Source: Candidatus Acidiferrales bacterium (GTDB lineage: Bacteria; Vulcanimicrobiota; Vulcanimicrobiia; Vulcanimicrobiales; Vulcanimicrobiaceae). From it: a DNA stretch of 59,319 bases. Below are positions 8,354 to 18,680 of this stretch, in pieces (position 1 is the stretch's first letter; the number at the start of each line of letters is the position of its first letter). The notes beneath the pieces were generated by a model. The model was given only the letters and a program-made list of their open reading frames with translations, did no database searches and was not told where the DNA came from. The stretch covers positions 1 to 59,319 of the forward strand of contig DATJUC010000222.1 of the NCBI GenBank assembly GCA_035502675.1. Reading direction: 5' to 3'. The position numbers and the translations under genes were made by a program.

Positions 8354-11300
8354 GGCGTTGGCCCGGGCCAGCGTACGCACGTAAATCGCGTCCAGCTTGA
8401 CGTACGCGTCGCGCATCGTCGGCGTCGGCGCGGCGTCGGCGCTCTCGACCGCGAACTCGAGATTCTCGAGCGCGGACTGCACGTACAGGAAGCTCGTGAA
8501 ATCGTGCGAGTAAACGCCCTCAGAGTCGTCGGGGTTGACGGCCGGCTCGACGCCGACGACGTCGGTGCGCAGGAGCTGCCGTTCGGCTGCGGACAGCGCC
8601 GAGTGCGCCAGCCGTCCCTGGGCGGTGGCTCGCGACGCCCGAACGCGCTCGCGCAGCGCGCCGATCTCCAAGGCGAACTCGTACTGCGACCGTAGGTCGG
8701 CGTCGGTTGCCGGCACGCGCGGATCGCGGCGTACGACGGCCGTTCGAACGTAGGTGCGTCCGTCGACGCTCAACCGAATGGCGTAACGGCCCGGCGGCAC
8801 CAGCGGACCGTCAGCTCCGCCGCGCCCGAAGTTCCAGACGAAGCGGTGCGCTCCGGCGCCGGCATACGGCACCGGGTGCGCTACGATCCAGTGCGTCGTG
8901 AAATCGACCGAGTTCGGGTCGACGGCTTTCGGCGTCTCGGCGCTGGACCACCGGCCGAGCAGCGCGCCGCGCTCGTCGAGCGCCTCGATGACGACCGGCG
9001 TCCGCGCGGCACCGTCGAGATAGTAGTCAACGAAGACGCCCGCAACGCGGTTCTGCGCCTGCGGCTCGTCGAGCGGCAGCGGCGTGCCTCCGCCGTTGAA
9101 GTTGTTGCCGTAGCGAACGCGATACGCGACGCCGGGCGCGAACAGATAATTTCCGCGGGCGGCGACGGCGGCGGCCATCTGGCGCAGCGAGACCGCGTCG
9201 TCGAGCACCCAGAAGGCGCGTCCGTGCGTCGCGACGGCAACGTCGTCGCCGTGGATCGCGACGTCGCGAATCGACGTCACCGGCATATTGAGTTCCAGCG
9301 ATTGCCAGTGCGCGCCGTCGTCGAACGAGACGTAGACGCCTTTCTCGGTGCCCGCGTAGAGCAGCCCGCGCTGGACCGGGTCTTCGCGCACCGCGTTGAC
9401 GAACGATCCGTTCGGAATGCCGGCGGCGATCGAGGTCCACGTCTTGCCGCCGTCGGTGGTACGATAGACGTACGGTGCATAGTCGTCGAGGCGGTGGCGA
9501 TCGACGGCGACGTAGGCCGTCTGCGGATCGAAGTGAGACGCCTCCACGAGCGCGATTTTGCTCCAGCTTCCCACTCCCGGCGGCGTAACGTTGTGCCAAT
9601 GGGCGCAATCGTCGGTCGTGAGCCAGACGTAACCGTCGTCGGTGCCGGCCCAGACGGTGCCGGCACGCAGCGGCGACGGTCCAATCGAGTAGACGACGCC
9701 GTGGCGCCGGACGTTATTATCGTCGGCCAGCGTCGAGGCGTCCAGGTTGGACGGCGCGCCTTCGTCGCTGCGCGAAAGATCGGGGCTCACGATCTGCCAG
9801 CTGGCACCGCCGTCGCGCGTGCGAAAGACGTTCTGGCGACCGAAATACAGCGACGTCTTGTCGGCCGGCGAAAAGGCGACCGGCATCGTCCACGTGTTGC
9901 GCCAAATCGTTCCGGGGCGATCGATCGTCGGATCGACGTCTTGCTCCCATCCGGTTGCGACCAGCTCTTTGCTTACCGTACCGCCGAAGACGAGACCGGG
10001 GTGACGCGGGTCGGGAGCAAGGTAGCCGTTTTCGCCGCCGACGTCGATCGGCCGGAAGTCCTGTTGTGAGATCGTCGAGTATTGCGACGTCGCGCTGGGC
10101 GCCATGGCGGCGCCGGAATCCTGTTGCGCGCCGTACAGCCAATACGGAAAAGCGTCGTCGGCGACGACGTGATAGAATTGCGCGGTCGGCTGGTTATACC
10201 ACGAGCTCCAGGTTTTTGCGCCGTCGACCGTGACGACGACGCCTTGATCGCTGCCCAGAATCATGCGCGAAGGATCGTTGGGCTCGATCCAGAGAGCGTG
10301 ATAGTCGTCGCCCGTCGGATCCCCGAGGATCGCGGTAAACGACTTGCCGCCGTCGGCGGTGCGATACGTCGACGTGTTCATCACGTACGCAACGTCGGCG
10401 TTCTTGGGATCGGCGGCGATCTCGCCGAAGTACCAGCCGCGCTGCCAGATCCGGCTGTCGCCGTCGACGTGCGTCCAGGTTGCGCCGGCGTCGTCGGAAC
10501 GGTAGACGCCGCCGTGGGCCGCATCCGAATCGACGGTCGCGTAGACGCGCTGCGGATTCGCCGGCGTCGTCGCCAACCCGATGCGTCCGACGCGTGCCGG
10601 CAGGCCGTTCGTCACGTGCGTCCAGGTTGCGCCCGCGTCGGTCGACTTATAGAGCCCGCTTCCCGGACCGTTGGACGGCGGATACACGTTCCACGGCGGA
10701 CGGCGCGTCTGCCAGAGCGCGGCGTAGATCGTGTGCGCGTCGGCCGGATCGAAGGCCAGATCGATCGCACCGGTATCGGCGTCCTTGAAGAGCACTTTGG
10801 TCCAGGTCCCGCCGCCGTCGGTACTTTTGAAAACGCCGCGTTCGGCGTTGGGGCCGTACGCGTGACCGAGCGCCGCGACGTAAACGACGTCGGGGTTTTG
10901 CGGATCGACGAGAATTTTTCCGATCTGCCGCGTGTCGTCGAGGCCGACGTGACGCCAAGTCTTGCCGCCGTCGGCGGACTTGTAGACGCCGTCTCCGTAA
11001 GCGATGTCGGAGCGCATGTCCGCTTCGCCGGTCCCGACGTAGATCGTGCGCGGGTCGCTCGGCGCGACCGCGATCGCTCCGATCGAGCCGACCGGCTCGC
11101 CGTCGAAGATCGGATTCCACGTCCGGCCGGCGTTCGAACTCTCCCAAACGCCGCCGTCCACCGCACCGAAATAGAAGCGATCGGGTTCGCCGGGAACGCC
11201 GGTCACCGCGAGCGCGCGGCCGCCCCGAAACGGGCCGATCATTCTCCACTGGAGGTTTCCGAAATACGCGGGATCGACCGCGGCGGGGCCGCTTGCGGCG

Positions 11301-11371
11301 CGAACGACCGCGCTGCCGCTCGCCAACGCGGCGAGCACGACCGTCAAGATGCTGCACGTAAGACGACGCAT
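8339..11371 (-). CDS. Secreted sortilin/VPS10-type BNR (Asp-box) repeat beta-propeller protein, about 1010 aa (paralogue A)
   Basis: Signal peptide MRRLTCSILTVVLAALASGSAVVRAAS. About 10 Asp-box-like repeats (SSNAGRTW, SADGGKTW, STDGGGTW, STDAGATW, SDDAGATW, TADGGKSF, TRDGGASW, TTDGGKTW, SFDDGAHW). The 3' end overlaps the convergent S10 gene by 15 nt. Confidence 0.8.
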   Translation of the reverse strand: MRRLTCSILTVVLAALASGSAVVRAASGPAAVDPAYFGNLQWRMIGPFRGGRALAVTGVPGEPDRFYFGAVDGGVWESSNAGRTWNPIFDGEPVGSIGAIAVAPSDPRTIYVGTGEADMRSDIAYGDGVYKSADGGKTWRHVGLDDTRQIGKILVDPQNPDVVYVAALGHAYGPNAERGVFKSTDGGGTWTKVLFKDADTGAIDLAFDPADAHTIYAALWQTRRPPWNVYPPSNGPGSGLYKSTDAGATWTHVTNGLPARVGRIGLATTPANPQRVYATVDSDAAHGGVYRSDDAGATWTHVDGDSRIWQRGWYFGEIAADPKNADVAYVMNTSTYRTADGGKSFTAILGDPTGDDYHALWIEPNDPSRMILGSDQGVVVTVDGAKTWSSWYNQPTAQFYHVVADDAFPYWLYGAQQDSGAAMAPSATSQYSTISQQDFRPIDVGGENGYLAPDPRHPGLVFGGTVSKELVATGWEQDVDPTIDRPGTIWRNTWTMPVAFSPADKTSLYFGRQNVFRTRDGGASWQIVSPDLSRSDEGAPSNLDASTLADDNNVRRHGVVYSIGPSPLRAGTVWAGTDDGYVWLTTDDCAHWHNVTPPGVGSWSKIALVEASHFDPQTAYVAVDRHRLDDYAPYVYRTTDGGKTWTSIAAGIPNGSFVNAVREDPVQRGLLYAGTEKGVYVSFDDGAHWQSLELNMPVTSIRDVAIHGDDVAVATHGRAFWVLDDAVSLRQMAAAVAARGNYLFAPGVAYRVRYGNNFNGGGTPLPLDEPQAQNRVAGVFVDYYLDGAARTPVVIEALDERGALLGRWSSAETPKAVDPNSVDFTTHWIVAHPVPYAGAGAHRFVWNFGRGGADGPLVPPGRYAIRLSVDGRTYVRTAVVRRDPRVPATDADLRSQYEFALEIGALRERVRASRATAQGRLAHSALSAAERQLLRTDVVGVEPAVNPDDSEGVYSHDFTSFLYVQSALENLEFAVESADAAPTPTMRDAYVKLDAIYVRTLARANALAPR

Positions 11372-11500
11372 GGCGTGCCTTTACGTGAGGAAGCGGCGGC
11401 GCCCTTCGCGGCGATACGCGCGATAACGGCGGCGCGCCGTCGCGTGCAGCGTGCGAGACGCGACGCGCGCGCCGCCGAAGAATTCGCGGAGTTGTTGTTG

Positions 11501-12496
11501 CTACCAGCCGCCGCCCATGTCGCCGCCGCCGAAACCGCCGCCCATGTCGCCGAAACCGCCGCCGCCCCAGTCCCCACCGCTGGCGCCGCTCATGTCGGCT
11601 TGACCGGCATCGGCCTGCCAGCCGCCGGCGTCGCCGCCGCCCCAGCCGCCGCCGGAGGCGTCGACCGGTCCGGGCGTGGCCGCATCGGCCGGCGAGGCAA
11701 TGCCGCCTCCCCGCTGACCGAACATTTCGTTGCCGAGCCAGGCACCGCCGAGGCCGCCCAGCAAGCCGCTCCAGAAGCTTCCGCCGCCGCCGAAACCGCC
11801 GCCGCCGTAGCCGTAACCCGGCCCATATCCCGGCGGAGGGGCGCTTCCCGGCGGAACGCCCGGGCCGGCCGGACCGCCGCCGTAGTACCGCGGTCGCGAC
11901 ATCGCGCGCAAAATCGAACGCAAAAGCAAGAAGCCGATCACGGCGATGATGATCCACCAAAACATCGAGAGATGAAAACCTCCGAATGCGGGCGCGTTCC
12001 GTCCGGTCGCCGCGGGCACGCCCGCCGTGCCCGAGCCGCCGCGCAAGCTTCCTAGATGCTCGCGATAGACGCCCAGCACGCCGTCGACCGCGGCGCTCAG
12101 TCCGGCGTCGTAGTTTTCGGCCCGAAACTGGCTCTCCATCGAGTGCCGGATGCCGGCCAGAACGCTGGGCGTAAACCACTGCGCGCCGGCGCGGTCGGGA
12201 ACGATGATGTCGCGCCGGTCGTCCTTAGCAATGAAGATCAGAACGCCGTCGACGTTTTGCTGCGTGAAAGCGTTGGCCGCGGCGGTCTGCAAGCTTTGGC
12301 CGCCCAGCGATGCGACCGTAACGACGACCACGTCTTTGCCGGTCTGCGCGTTGAAATTGCCGATCCGGTCGTTGGCTGCGGCCACGGAGCTCGGCGAGAA
12401 CATCTGGGCTTGGTCGATGACGAAATCGCGAGCGGCCGCCGGCAGCGCCGGAAGCCAGCCGGCGAGCGCGATGGCGAGAGCGAGCGTTCGTTTCAT
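11501..12496 (-). CDS. TPM-domain (TLP18.3/Psb32-like) protein with a transmembrane helix and a glycine-rich C-terminal tail
   Basis: 331 aa with a signal peptide MKRTLALAIALAGWLPALPAAA. TPM-like FVIDQAQMFSPSSVAAANDRIGNFNAQTGKDVVVVTV...GVLIFIAKDDRR. TM helix FWWIIIAVIGFLLL. The tail is rich in GGGF/GGDM repeats. Confidence 0.75.
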   Translation of the reverse strand: MKRTLALAIALAGWLPALPAAARDFVIDQAQMFSPSSVAAANDRIGNFNAQTGKDVVVVTVASLGGQSLQTAAANAFTQQNVDGVLIFIAKDDRRDIIVPDRAGAQWFTPSVLAGIRHSMESQFRAENYDAGLSAAVDGVLGVYREHLGSLRGGSGTAGVPAATGRNAPAFGGFHLSMFWWIIIAVIGFLLLRSILRAMSRPRYYGGGPAGPGVPPGSAPPPGYGPGYGYGGGGFGGGGSFWSGLLGGLGGAWLGNEMFGQRGGGIASPADAATPGPVDASGGGWGGGDAGGWQADAGQADMSGASGGDWGGGGFGDMGGGFGGGDMGGGW

Positions 12497-12599
12497 GCGT
12501 ACGGTCGAGACCTCCGGCCGTTCCTACTGCTGCGGGAGCGCGAAGTTTCGCCGGGCGCCCCTCCAGGAACTCGGCGGCCGTACGGCTGACAAACCCGCC

Positions 12600-13958
12600 A
12601 TGGCAGAGCCGGCGCACCTGCGAACCGGGTCGCTCAGCTTTATCGAAGTGCTGGCGACCTCGGTCGCGCTGATCGGACCGAGCATGACGCCGATCCTGAT
12701 CGCTCCGTACATGTACGCGAACGCCGGTAACGGCGCGTGGCTGGCGTATGCCTTCGGCGGCGCAATGCTGGTCGTGGTCGCGCTGAACATCAATCAATTC
12801 GCCCGCCGGTCGAGTGCCGCCGGATCGATGTACGGCTACGTCGCCGATCATCTGGGTCCGTTCTTGGGAGCGATCGGCGGCTGGACGCTGCTTTGGGCGT
12901 ATGGCTTCGTTGCGGCCGCGGTGCTCGGGGCGATGGCGCTCTTCGTCGGCATGCTGCTGGCCGACGCGGGACTGCGCGGCGTGTCCGGCGTGGCCGCGTA
13001 CGTGACGTTCGCGCTTGCGGTCGCCGCGGCGGCGTGGCAAGCGGCCTATCGCGGCGTGCAGATCTCGGCGATCGTCATGCTCGTCTTGGAAGCGATCTCG
13101 GTCGCGATCATCTGCTGGCTGATCGTCGTCGTCCTCGTCCACCACGGTCCCAGCGTCGACGCGGCGCAGCTGACCGTGCGAGGCGGATTTCCCGGAGGCG
13201 TCGGACTGGCCATCGCGACCGCAGTTTTCAGCTACGTCGGCTTCGAAAGCGCGACCGCCTTCGGCGGCGAAGCGGCGCGCCCCCTGGTCACGATCCCGCG
13301 CGCGGTGATCGGCAGCGTGCTGTTCGTGAGCGCATTTTTCATCGTCGCAATTTATGCCGAAATCGTCGGGATGCAGCACGCCTCGACGTCGCTCGACAAG
13401 CAAACCTTTCCGCTGGGGACGCTGGTCGCGCTTTTCGACGTCGGCTATTTGCGTGTTCCGCTCACGATCGGCGCACTTTGCAGCGCCTTCTCCGTCTGTT
13501 TGGCGTGCATCACCACCGCGGGCCGGATCGCCTACGCGATGGCCTTGGCCGGCATCTTGCCGCCGTGGTTTGCGTCGATCGAGCCCAAGCACGCAACGCC
13601 TCACGTCGCGGTCACGACCGTCACCGCGATCACCGCGATCGTGGCGGTCGCGTCGCTGGGGGCGGGCGTCGCGCCGATCGACGTTTTCAACAATTGCGGC
13701 ACCTTGAGCTCGTTCGGCTTCATCGTGATCTACGCGCTGATCTCGGTCGCGGCGGCAATCTACGTCAACCGGCTCGGCGAGATGCGCTCGATCGATTTCC
13801 TGCTCGCGGTCGCGGCGCTCGGGCTGTTGCTGGTTCCCGCAATTACGCTCTTCTATCCGGTACCGCCGCCGCCCCAACGCTGGTTCGCGTACTACTTTTT
13901 GGCGTTTCTCGTCGCCGGCTGCGGCTGGTTTGCGATCGGCCGGCGTGCAGCCGCTTGA
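12600..13958 (+). CDS. APC-family amino acid/amine permease
   Basis: The ORF-track entry 12150..13958 is over-extended through the divergent TPM gene. The in-frame ATG at 12600 gives MAEPAHLRTGSLSFIEVLATSVALIGPSMTPILIAPYMYANAGNGAWLAY... followed by about 12 hydrophobic segments, typical of APC transporters (452 aa). Confidence 0.85.
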   Translation: MAEPAHLRTGSLSFIEVLATSVALIGPSMTPILIAPYMYANAGNGAWLAYAFGGAMLVVVALNINQFARRSSAAGSMYGYVADHLGPFLGAIGGWTLLWAYGFVAAAVLGAMALFVGMLLADAGLRGVSGVAAYVTFALAVAAAAWQAAYRGVQISAIVMLVLEAISVAIICWLIVVVLVHHGPSVDAAQLTVRGGFPGGVGLAIATAVFSYVGFESATAFGGEAARPLVTIPRAVIGSVLFVSAFFIVAIYAEIVGMQHASTSLDKQTFPLGTLVALFDVGYLRVPLTIGALCSAFSVCLACITTAGRIAYAMALAGILPPWFASIEPKHATPHVAVTTVTAITAIVAVASLGAGVAPIDVFNNCGTLSSFGFIVIYALISVAAAIYVNRLGEMRSIDFLLAVAALGLLLVPAITLFYPVPPPPQRWFAYYFLAFLVAGCGWFAIGRRAAA

Positions 13959-14577
13959 GCGGACGTCGACCGCCGCACGCGTGGCGTCGACGCTGCGCGA
14001 CCGGATCGCCGGCGGCGACATCGCTCCCGGCGAACGAATCGTCGAGCTCGAGGTCGCGCGCGAGCTCGGCGTGAGCCGCAGCCCGGTTCGCGAAGCGCTT
14101 CTCAAACTGGCCGAAGAAGGCCTGGTAACGATTCTGCCCTACCGCGGCGCGATCGTGGCGCCGCTGGATCGCGAACGCCTGGGCGAGCTCGTGGAGTTTC
14201 GTCTGGCGCTCGAGCGCTTCGCGCTGGAACGGCTGGTCGAACGCCGCGACGCCACCGTCTTCGCGGTGCTGCGGCGCCGCGTCGCGACGCTGCGCGAAGC
14301 CCTTGGGGCCGGCGACCGCCGCCGCATCGTCGACGAAGATCTCGCGTTGCACCGCGCGCTGGTGTCGGCGGCCGGCAATGCCCTGTTGAGCCGCACCTAC
14401 GACGGGCTGCTGGCGCAGATTCGCCTCTACATCGACTTCACGAGCGCGCGCTACGAACGCGCCGAAGACCTCGCCGACGAGCACGAGGCGCTGCTCGACG
14501 CAATGACGCGAGGCGACGTGGCGGCCGCGCGCACGTTGCTGGACGCGCACATCGTGCACGGCCTCGACGGGGAGTAA
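13930..14577 (+). CDS. GntR-family (FadR/FCD subfamily) transcriptional regulator
   Basis: N-terminal wHTH IAPGERIVELEVARELGVSRSPVREALLKLAEEGLVTILPYRGAIV. C-terminal helical FCD-like domain (HRALVSAAGN..., HEALLDAMTRGD). The ATG at 13930 overlaps the permease by 29 nt; GTG 13945 is an alternative start. Confidence 0.85.
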   Translation: MRSAGVQPLERTSTAARVASTLRDRIAGGDIAPGERIVELEVARELGVSRSPVREALLKLAEEGLVTILPYRGAIVAPLDRERLGELVEFRLALERFALERLVERRDATVFAVLRRRVATLREALGAGDRRRIVDEDLALHRALVSAAGNALLSRTYDGLLAQIRLYIDFTSARYERAEDLADEHEALLDAMTRGDVAAARTLLDAHIVHGLDGE

Positions 14578-14589
14578 CCGGACGGGCGC

Positions 14590-14834
14590 TTACAATCCGA
14601 TCGAATCGATGATCGAGACGAACCGCTGGGTCAGCGGAACTTCGAACCACGTCTCGATGCGCGCGGTCAACTCCGGAATGCCGCGCAGGTGTGCGACGCC
14701 CTCTCGGACGGCGGCGCGGCTCGGCGCTTCGCCGACCAGTTCGTCGTGCAGCCGGTCGATTGCGGCATGCCCTTCGTGGCCCGCGGGAAGCGCGGCGTGC
14801 AAATCGCCGGCCGGAAACGGCGCCGGGCGTTCGG

Positions 14835-14850
<16 letters not shown>
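14590..14850 (-). CDS. Small hypothetical protein (86 aa), DUF4404-like by my recollection
   Basis: Only visible as the tail of the spurious ORF 14590..16599. ATG at 14850 gives [86 protein letters not shown]. Third codon positions are G/C-rich. It overlaps the mmsA 3' end by 16 nt. The C-terminal pattern resembles small DUF4404 proteins, but this is from memory, not searched. Confidence 0.5.
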
Positions 14851-16225
<1,375 letters not shown>

Positions 16226-16229
<4 letters not shown>

Positions 16230-17575
16230 GGCGTTCCTCCCGCAGCGTACGCGGCGAATCCCGCGTCGAGAATCTCGAACGCTTCGTCGAGTTCCGCCTC
16301 GGCCACGTTGAGCGGCGGCGCGACGACGATCGCGTTGTAGCGGCCGTAGAAATACAGCCCGCGGGACAGCAGATCGTTGAACAGCGGCTGTAAGGTGCGA
16401 GCGCCCTGCCACTCGACCAGCGGCGCGCGCGTCTCCCGGTCGGCGACGAGTTCCAATCCGAAGAACGCGCCGATGCCGCGCGCCTCGCCGACGATTGCGT
16501 GACGGCGCGAAAGCGCCTCGAACCTGCTCCGGAGCCAACCTTCGACGGTGCGCGCGCGCTCGAAGAGCCGCTCGTCGCGGTAAGCGCGAATCGCCGCAAG
16601 ACCGGCGGCAGCGGCCAGCGGGTGCCCGCTGAACGTGTGACCGCTCGGAAGAGCGTGCCGGTCGAAGTGCGCCGCCAGCGGCTCCGTGACGGCGACGCCG
16701 CCGAGCGGCACGTACGCCGACGTTACGCCTTTGGCAAACGTGAAGAGATCCGGCGTGACGCCGAAGCGCTGTGCGGCGAACGCTTCGCCGGTGCGACCGA
16801 ATCCGGTCATGACCTCGTCGAAGATCAAAAGAATTCCGTGGCGCGTGCACAGCTCGCGCACACGAGCCAGATAGCCTTCGGGATAGAGGATCACGCCGTT
16901 CGAGCCGACGACGGGTTCGATCAGAAGCGCCGCGATGCGGTCGCCGCCTTCGTAGCGCACGATTTCTTCGAGATGCGCGACGGCGCGATCGGTCTCTTCC
17001 TGCGGATCGCGCGTGTGGAAGGGGCTGCGGTACGGAAACGGTGCGAAGAAGCGTACCACGCCGGAGAGCCCGGGTTCGTTGTGCCAGCGCCGGTTCTCGC
17101 CGGTGAGCGTTCCGGCGCCGGGAGCCGAGCCGTGAAACGAACGATAAGCGGTCAGAATCTTGTGGCGGCCCGTGATCGCGCGCGCGAACTTGACGGCGTC
17201 CTCGTTGGCCTCGCCGCCGCCGGTCGTGAAAAAGGTGCGGCAGCCCTCCGGCCACGGCGAAATCTCGCTGATCGCCTCGGCAAGCTTCGCTCGTACGTCG
17301 TTCCCGAGGCTCGGAGCGACGTAGGCTAGCCGGCCGGCTTGGTCGGCGATCGCGCGAGCGACCCCGGGATGAGCGTGCCCGAGGTTGACCGCGACCAGCC
17401 CGGCCGAAAAATCCAGATAGCGCTTGCCGTCGGCATCGTAGAGGTAGGAGCCCTCGCCGCGCACGATCACCGGCGGCGGGGTCCGCCCGGCTTGGGCGAC
17501 CCACGGAGTGAGAACGTATCGCGCGTTGAGCGCCGCCAAATCGTGGCTCAGGAGATCCATGGCCGTATATTGCAC
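16226..17575 (-). CDS. Class-III (omega) aminotransferase, beta-alanine/omega-amino acid:pyruvate type
   Basis: 449 aa. YLDFSAGLVAVNLGHAHP, TTGGGEANEDAVKFAR, LIFDEVMTGFGRTG and the PLP-Lys region LFTFAKGVTSAYVPLGG. GTG start at 17575; ATG at 17560 is an alternative. Pairing with mmsA suggests beta-alanine/3-aminoisobutyrate catabolism. Confidence 0.88.
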
Positions 17576-17612
17576 ATTGTCGACCGTTTCTCCGCCTTGA
17601 CCGGACCGGCGG

Positions 17613-17762
17613 CTACTGGTGCTGCAAGACGGTGCTGACGACGATCAGCCCGGCCGAGCCAAGGGCGAAGAAGAGGATGAAGATCCAGACGCCGAGGCGC
17701 TTCCAAAAGTCGCGCCGGGCGCGTGCCGCCCGAGTCTCGTGGGTCGGCCGGCGGACGTTCAC
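17613..17762 (-). CDS. Putative 49-aa single-pass membrane microprotein, translationally coupled to rsfS
   Basis: The GTG at 17762 overlaps the rsfS TGA (GTGA). Product: MNVRRPTHETRAARARRDFWKRLGVWIFILFFALGSAGLIVVSTVLQHQ, a basic N-terminus followed by one clear TM helix. Visible only as the tail of ORF 17613..18413. Confidence 0.45.
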   Translation of the reverse strand: MNVRRPTHETRAARARRDFWKRLGVWIFILFFALGSAGLIVVSTVLQHQ

Positions 17763-18091
17763 GAGCTTTGGGCCTGCCGGCTGGCGACGTCCGACCACAG
17801 ACGCTCGAGATTGTAGAAGCTCCGCTGCTCGGGCGTGAAGACGTGCGCGATGACGTTCCCCAGATCGATCAGGATCCAGGTTCCGTCGGCGTAGCCCTCG
17901 ACGCGCGAAACGGTGCCGCCTTCGTTCTCGACGGCCTCGACGATGGCGTCGGCGATCGCACGGGTTTGGATCTTGGAGCGTCCGCTCACGATGACGAACG
18001 TGTCGGCCAGAATGGTACGGCCGCTCACGTCGAGCGCGACGAAATCTTCGGCTTTCTTGTCGAGCGCGGCATCGCGCACGACGTCGATCAA
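17759..18091 (-). CDS. rsfS: Ribosome silencing factor RsfS (iojap family)
   Basis: Tail of ORF 17759..18835. IDVVRDAALDKKAEDFVALDVSGRTILADTFVIVSGRSKIQTRAIADAIVEAVENEGG...WILIDLGNVIAHVFTPEQRSFYNLERLW. Proposed TTG start at 18091 overlaps the yqeK TGA (TTGA), giving 110 aa. Confidence 0.85.
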   Translation of the reverse strand: MIDVVRDAALDKKAEDFVALDVSGRTILADTFVIVSGRSKIQTRAIADAIVEAVENEGGTVSRVEGYADGTWILIDLGNVIAHVFTPEQRSFYNLERLWSDVASRQAQSS

Positions 18092-18678
18092 CTCGCGGAT
18101 AGACGAACCTCCTCCTCTTGCACTCCAAACACGCGGGCCGCCGCCACGGTTTGCGGCGCCGGCTCGATCCCCTTGTGGGCCAGATAAGCGAACGACGAGC
18201 GCAGGACCGCTCGCATCGCGCCGTCCAGACTGCGTTGCGCGAGTTCCCACTGTCCGGCACGCTCGGGGTGCGTACGACCGGGCTCGAGCGAGTCCGCCAA
18301 ATAGACGGCGCAGTCCAGCGGAGACATGTCGGTCGAGGCAGCGGTGTGCTTTTCGATCGCGGAGAGCACCTCGGGGTCGTGTACCCCGAAGGCTTCGCGC
18401 GCAATCGCGGCACTCAACGGCGCGTGCAGCAGCACCGGATGCGCGCGTTCGAACGCGCCGATCGGGAGCCCGCGCGCCGCGGACTCGCGCAGCAGCCGGT
18501 CGTCGGAGTAGAGCCGTGCGAGATCGTGCAGCATTCCGGCCAGCCGCGCTTTCGCAGCGTCGAGGCCGTGCCGCTGCGCGAGGATTTCGGCACAGCGCGC
18601 GACGCGCACCGTGTGCGCGAAGCGGTGGTCTTGTCCGAGCTGCGAGCGGACGCGCCGCGACAGTTCCGGATAGGTCAT
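18088..18678 (-). CDS. yqeK: HD-domain protein YqeK (bis(5'-nucleosyl)-tetraphosphatase family)
   Basis: Internal ATG at 18678 of ORF 18088..19050 gives MTYPELSRRVRSQLGQDHRFAHTVRVARCAEILAQRHGLDAAKARLAGMLHDLAR...EKHT... (196 aa). HD motif and the conserved position upstream of rsfS. Confidence 0.8.
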   Translation of the reverse strand: MTYPELSRRVRSQLGQDHRFAHTVRVARCAEILAQRHGLDAAKARLAGMLHDLARLYSDDRLLRESAARGLPIGAFERAHPVLLHAPLSAAIAREAFGVHDPEVLSAIEKHTAASTDMSPLDCAVYLADSLEPGRTHPERAGQWELAQRSLDGAMRAVLRSSFAYLAHKGIEPAPQTVAAARVFGVQEEEVRLSAS

Positions 18679-18680
18679 GC

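Noticed and set aside
11372-11500. 129-bp gap between the TPM-domain gene and the VPS10-like gene, checked for a small RNA or terminator.
   Set aside because: I found no stable hairpin with a T-tract and no conserved-looking structure. It most likely just carries the promoter/RBS of the downstream gene.
12497-12599. 103-nt divergent leader upstream of the APC permease with partially complementary ends (TACGGTCGAG ... CTCGGCGGCCGTA). I considered a riboswitch.
   Set aside because: The pairing is imperfect and I recognise no known riboswitch core (glycine, lysine, etc.). It must also house the divergent TPM-gene promoter. An Rfam/Infernal scan would settle it.
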